Assembly: GCA_002269645.1 (NCBI GenBank)
Contig: NIVC01001184.1
Span: 248,001 to 312,000, forward strand
Direction of reading: 5' to 3'
Source: Macrostomum lignano
Lineage: Eukaryota
Length of the DNA stretch: 64,000 nucleotides
The notes beneath the pieces were generated by a model that saw only the letters and a list, made by a program, of their open reading frames with translations, was not told where the DNA came from and did no database searches. Position 1 is the stretch's first letter. The number at the start of each line of letters is the position of its first letter. Shown one piece after another: positions 60,211 through 64,000 of this stretch. The position numbers and the translations under genes were made by a program.

Positions 60211-60579
60211 CTGTTTCAGCTTGACATTCCTGGTCTCGTACGCCAGCAGCAGGCCAAACAGCAGCAGCAGTCCCTTCCAGCCGAGCAGCACGCCGAGCCA
60301 GACCGCCCCATTCTTAGATTCGCAGCTGTTGCTATAGGGCTCGTATTCAACATCGTCATCCGAGCGTTCAATACGGAACAGTTCCCGTTTCATGCTCAGC
60401 GGATCGTTCACCTGCCAGGCGGTTAGGAAGGCTGCATCCAACAGGAACAGCACAGCAACGAAAGCGTAGGGCTCGAGTTGGGTGGCGCCCCGGCGACCGG
60501 TTGCCAGGCGATAGACGCTCCAGGTTTTGGCGAACAAAGAGCCGTAGCCGCCGGTGAAGCCAAGCGATAGAAGCCAGGC
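60211..60579 (-). CDS. GABBR1: GABBR1 exon (TM3-TM5)
   Basis: AWLLSLGFTGGYGSLFAKTWSVY...KGLLLLFGLLLAYETRNVK; phase 0/0. Confidence 0.94.
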
Positions 60580-60777
60580 CTGAAGTGTGCGTGATTTAAT
60601 TAAATGTCGTATTCGCGCTTATATTGCTACTGATGAAAGAGTAGCTTAAGTAGTGTGAAGCGCGCTTTTTATACAAACACCGACATCCCATCTAAAGCCA
60701 TTGGTGTAAATGTTCTAAAATCGATAGCAACTCTTCTAAATAAATAATCTAAAGACACATCATGAACATAGTATTTA

Positions 60778-61378
60778 GAAACACTGACACAGCATCTAGA
60801 GACACTGTCACAGCATCTAGAGACACTGACACAGCATCTAGAGACACTGACACAGCATCTAAAGACACTGACACAGCATCTAAAGACACTGACACAGCAT
60901 CTAAAGACACTGACACAGCATCTAAAGACACTGGCACAGCATCTAAAGACACTGACACAGCATCTAAAGACACTGACACAGCATCTAAAGACACTGACAG
61001 CATCTAGAGACACTGACACAGCATCTAAACACACTGACACAGCATCTAAAGACACTGACACAGCATCTAAAGACACTGACACAGCATCTAGAGACACTGA
61101 CACAGCATCTAAAGACACTGGCACAGCATCTAAAGACACTGACACAGCATCTAAAGACACTGGCACAGCATCTAGAGACACTGACACAGCATCTAAAGGC
61201 ACTGACACAGCATCTAAAGACACTGACACAGCATCTAAACACACTGACACAGCATCTAAAGACACTGACACAGCATCTAAACACACTGACACAGCATCTA
61301 AAGACACTGACACAGCATCTAAAAACACTGGCACAGCATCTAAAGACACTGGCACAGCATCTAAAGACACTGACACAG
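60778..61378. repeat. 21-bp minisatellite (GACACTGACACAGCATCTAAA), intronic
   Basis: Direct pattern. Confidence 0.95.
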
Positions 61379-61457
61379 CTAGCCTATAGTTAAAAAAATT
61401 CCTAGCAAGCCTTCAACTACTAACGCAAGTAGTGCAACAAGGTCACTACTAACAAAC

Positions 61458-62016
61458 CTTAGCATGGCACAGGACCCGAAACGACCCCGGCGACAGGTTC
61501 ACGAAGCCGCCGCTGAACCGATCGAACCCGTAGACGATGACTGCCAGCAGGCTCAGCGAGCAACCTGCTAGCATGACTGCGTGCAGCACCGGCTGGCTGC
61601 AGGCCACCACCCGGTGACGCCGGTAGCGCCACAGGAAAACCGCGCAACCAGCGCAAGCCAGCAGACCCAGACAGGCTAGCAGCGACATAATCCAATACAG
61701 AACGGCGTTGACGGGGCGGAATAGCGGCTGGATTAGCGGCTCGGAGCGGGGTCGAACTCCGCCAGGCCAAACTGGTTCCCGTTGGAGTTCGAGTTTATCC
61801 TCCTGCACCTGGTAGCGTCCGATGGTTCTGTACCGGCCGTTGACTAGCTGCTCAATCTGTGTCCAAGCGATCCGATTGCCAAGGGAGTCGAAGAAGACTC
61901 TGGAGCTGACCCCGTCAAAGTTAGTAGCGTTCATTGCTCGGTAGAGTTCAAAGAATACAGGATTGTCCGGCTGTTGATGCGTAAAATTCAACAGTCGAAG
62001 GCCGCGACTTTTTAGT
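61458..62016 (-). CDS. GABBR1: GABBR1 exon (end of Venus flytrap domain, TM1-TM2)
   Basis: LYRAMNATNFDGVSSRVFFDSLGNRIAWTQIEQL and CSQPVLH; phase 2/0. Confidence 0.94.
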
Positions 62017-62205
62017 CTGGAAAAATAAAATACGACTATCAAATTCACTACTTGCCTACTGATAAGTAGAAGAGTGGAATTGCTAAAAATTCAATTATCA
62101 TTAAAATTTTACGACGTAATTTAAATTATACCATAAATATTCTTTGCTTGGCTACTTAAAAGTAGTGCAATTTGAGTATTCAATCATTTTTTACAGAAAA
62201 ATAAC

Positions 62206-62351
62206 CTTGCTTCAGCCGAGTGCATAGCCAAAGCCAGGGCCCAGACAGCGTCGTAGGCGAACGGCGACTCCGGGAAGCCGAGAATGCTGCCAATATCGCT
62301 GCGATTCTTGCCGAGCCGTTCCAGTACACGATTTTGAAACTGCCGAGCCGT
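62206..62351 (-). CDS. GABBR1: GABBR1 exon
   Basis: GFPESPFAYDAVWALALAM; TTTTAG acceptor, AAG|GTTATT donor, 146 nt. Confidence 0.9.
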
Positions 62352-62435
62352 CTAAAAGTTCGGTTAGTTGTAAATAACCATTACTTATGCGAAAAGTCGG
62401 ACTTGTCCGTAAGAGATGTAATGCGAGTATGCGAG

Positions 62436-62780
62436 TAGAACCTAGCGCATGACTACGGCTAGAGGAGTGAAGAGGAGAGGGGAAAGAGAAGAGAGAAGGT
62501 AGATAGAAGAAAGGAGAGGCGAGGGAATAGAGTACAAGAGGGGAGACGAGAGGAGAGGAGAGAGGAGAAGAGAAGAGAGGAAAGAGGAGAGAGGAGAGAA
62601 GAGGAAGGGAGAAAAGAGAGAGGAGAAAGGAGAGGAGAGAGAAGAGGAGAGATAAGACAAGAGGAGATAAATGAGAAGAGAGAGGACATTAGAGAGAAGA
62701 GAGCTGAGAAGAGAGACAAACCTTGAGCAGGCTGGATTGCTATTGTGAAGTTTCAAAGGACCCGATACAGTAGGCCCGCA
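62436..62780 (+). mobile_element. Polypurine-core hAT MITE copy lacking both TIRs, in a GABBR1 intron
   Basis: TAGCGCATGACT 5' part and AAACCTTGAGCAGGCTGGATTGCTATTGTGAAGTTTCAAAG 3' part match 32932-33344. Confidence 0.72.
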
Positions 62781-62787
62781 GACTTAC

Positions 62788-62973
62788 AATTCCAGAATAG
62801 GTTGGCTGGTCAAGCTCATTCCAAGTCATACTCTCCGTGGTCAAGTGCAAATCAGCGGCCATAGACATTTCGTCTGGGGTGCAGTTGACTCGCTCCGCAG
62901 CCGGCCATTTCAAATACCAATCGTCCGAGTACCAACCAATTAGAAGCCATTGATAGCGGGGGCCGAACAGACC
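62788..62973 (-). CDS. GABBR1: GABBR1 exon
   Basis: GLFGPRYQWLLIGWYSDDWY...NCTPDEM; TATAG acceptor, GTAAGT donor. Confidence 0.92.
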
Positions 62974-63073
62974 CTATAGGTACAGTTTTATTAGTGCATT
63001 AAATATTATGTCATGGGTTGGTGTTTTACACAATCAACAAACACGTACAGTTAGTTTTTTTTTTCTATTTTAC

Positions 63074-63150
63074 CTGTTTATAAGCCTGACAGAATATCTG
63101 GCGGGCCAGTGGATCGTAGAACAGGCCGATTATTATTCTGCAGTTGGTGG
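63074..63150 (-). CDS. GABBR1: GABBR1 exon (5' boundary uncertain); the gene continues beyond the window end
   Basis: CRIIIGLFYDPLARQIFCQAYKQ; donor CAG|GTAAAA 63073. Confidence 0.8.
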
Positions 63151-63211
63151 CAATTATGATTTTGTAACTGTCTGCTCGTTGAAGAAGTCCAGGCAGCGAT
63201 ACGAGTTATAC

Positions 63212-63905
63212 AGGGCTGTTTAAGCCCAGATTAGGGAATGGTTTAAAGGGCTCTTTAAGCTCAGATTAGGGAATGGTTTAAAGGGCTGTTGAAGCCCAGA
63301 TTAGGGAATGGTTTAAAGGGCTGTTGAAGCTCAGATTAGAGAATGGTTTAAAGGGCTGTTTAAGTACAGATTAGGGAATGGTTTAAAGGGCTGTTTAAGT
63401 ACATATTAGGGAATGGTATAAAGGGCTGTTTAAGTACAGATTAGGGAATGGTTTAAAGGGCTGTTGAAGCCCAGATTAGGGAATGGTTTAAAGGGCTGTT
63501 GAAGCCCAGATTAGGGAATGGTTAAAGGGCTGTTGAAGCTCAGATTAGGGAATGGTTTAAAGGGCTGTTTAAGTACAGATTAGGGAATGGCTTAAAGGGC
63601 TGTTGAAGCCCAGATTAGGGAATGGTTTAAAGGGCTGTTGAAGCTCAGATTAGGGAATGGTTTAAAGGGCTGTTGAAGCCCAGATTAGGGAATGGTTAAA
63701 GGGCTGTTGAAGCTCAGATTAGGGAATGGTTTAAAGGGCTGTTGAAGCCCAGATTAGGGAATGGTTAAAGGGCTGTTGAAGCCCAGATTAGGGAATGGTT
63801 TAAAGGGCTGTTGAAGCCCAGATTAGGGAATGGTTTAAAGGGCTGTTGAAGCCCAGATTAGGGAATGGTTAAAGGGCTGTTGAAGCACAGACTAGGGAAT
63901 GGTTT
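63212..63905. repeat. 35-bp minisatellite (GGGCTGTTGAAGCCCAGATTAGGGAATGGTTTAAA)
   Basis: Direct pattern. Confidence 0.95.
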
Positions 63906-64000
63906 AAATGACGGTTCAAGTGTTAAAAGACTGTTTACTGTAAGCACATAGCAGATTTACTAATTCTAACCTAGCCTCCTTGCTCTTCAGCTGTTTAACA

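Noticed and set aside
63212-63905. Telomere or subtelomere because units contain TTAGGG
   Set aside because: A single hexamer inside a 35-bp intronic unit, not a telomeric tract

Overview
Animal genomic DNA, most likely a free-living flatworm of the Macrostomum type. This is inferred from gene content and from introns and 3' flanks packed with (TCTG)n and 9-47 bp minisatellites; it is not proven. The window has 13 protein-coding loci. Left part: the first coding exon of a Pro-rich, probably SOCS7-like gene (-), a TMEM196/MS4A-like tetraspan (+), an SLC16-like MFS transporter (-) and RPL18 (-). After a ~10 kb AT-rich gap rich in non-autonomous transposons, eight genes lie on the + strand from 30.9 to 56.1 kb: an LRR protein, TIMM9, tRNase Z short form copy A, RCE1, tRNase Z short form copy B, CCS with ADAT3 nested on the same strand in its intron 2, and a DEG/ENaC channel. 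The 3' half of GABBR1 (-) closes the window. Main observations: (1) four ORFs in the + strand block (LRR, tRNase Z-A, RCE1, ADAT3) open exactly in phase 0 at a 3' splice acceptor, and three have no usable ATG, which fits start codons supplied by the AUG-terminated flatworm spliced leader in an operon-like unit; (2) two intact Thermotoga/plant-type (TM-type) short tRNase Z genes in an animal; (3) ADAT3 is nested in CCS, carries a 1-nt frameshift and has an in-frame minisatellite that may be an exitron. No CRISPR, rRNA or bona fide tRNA genes were found. All family assignments come from recalled motifs, not database searches.
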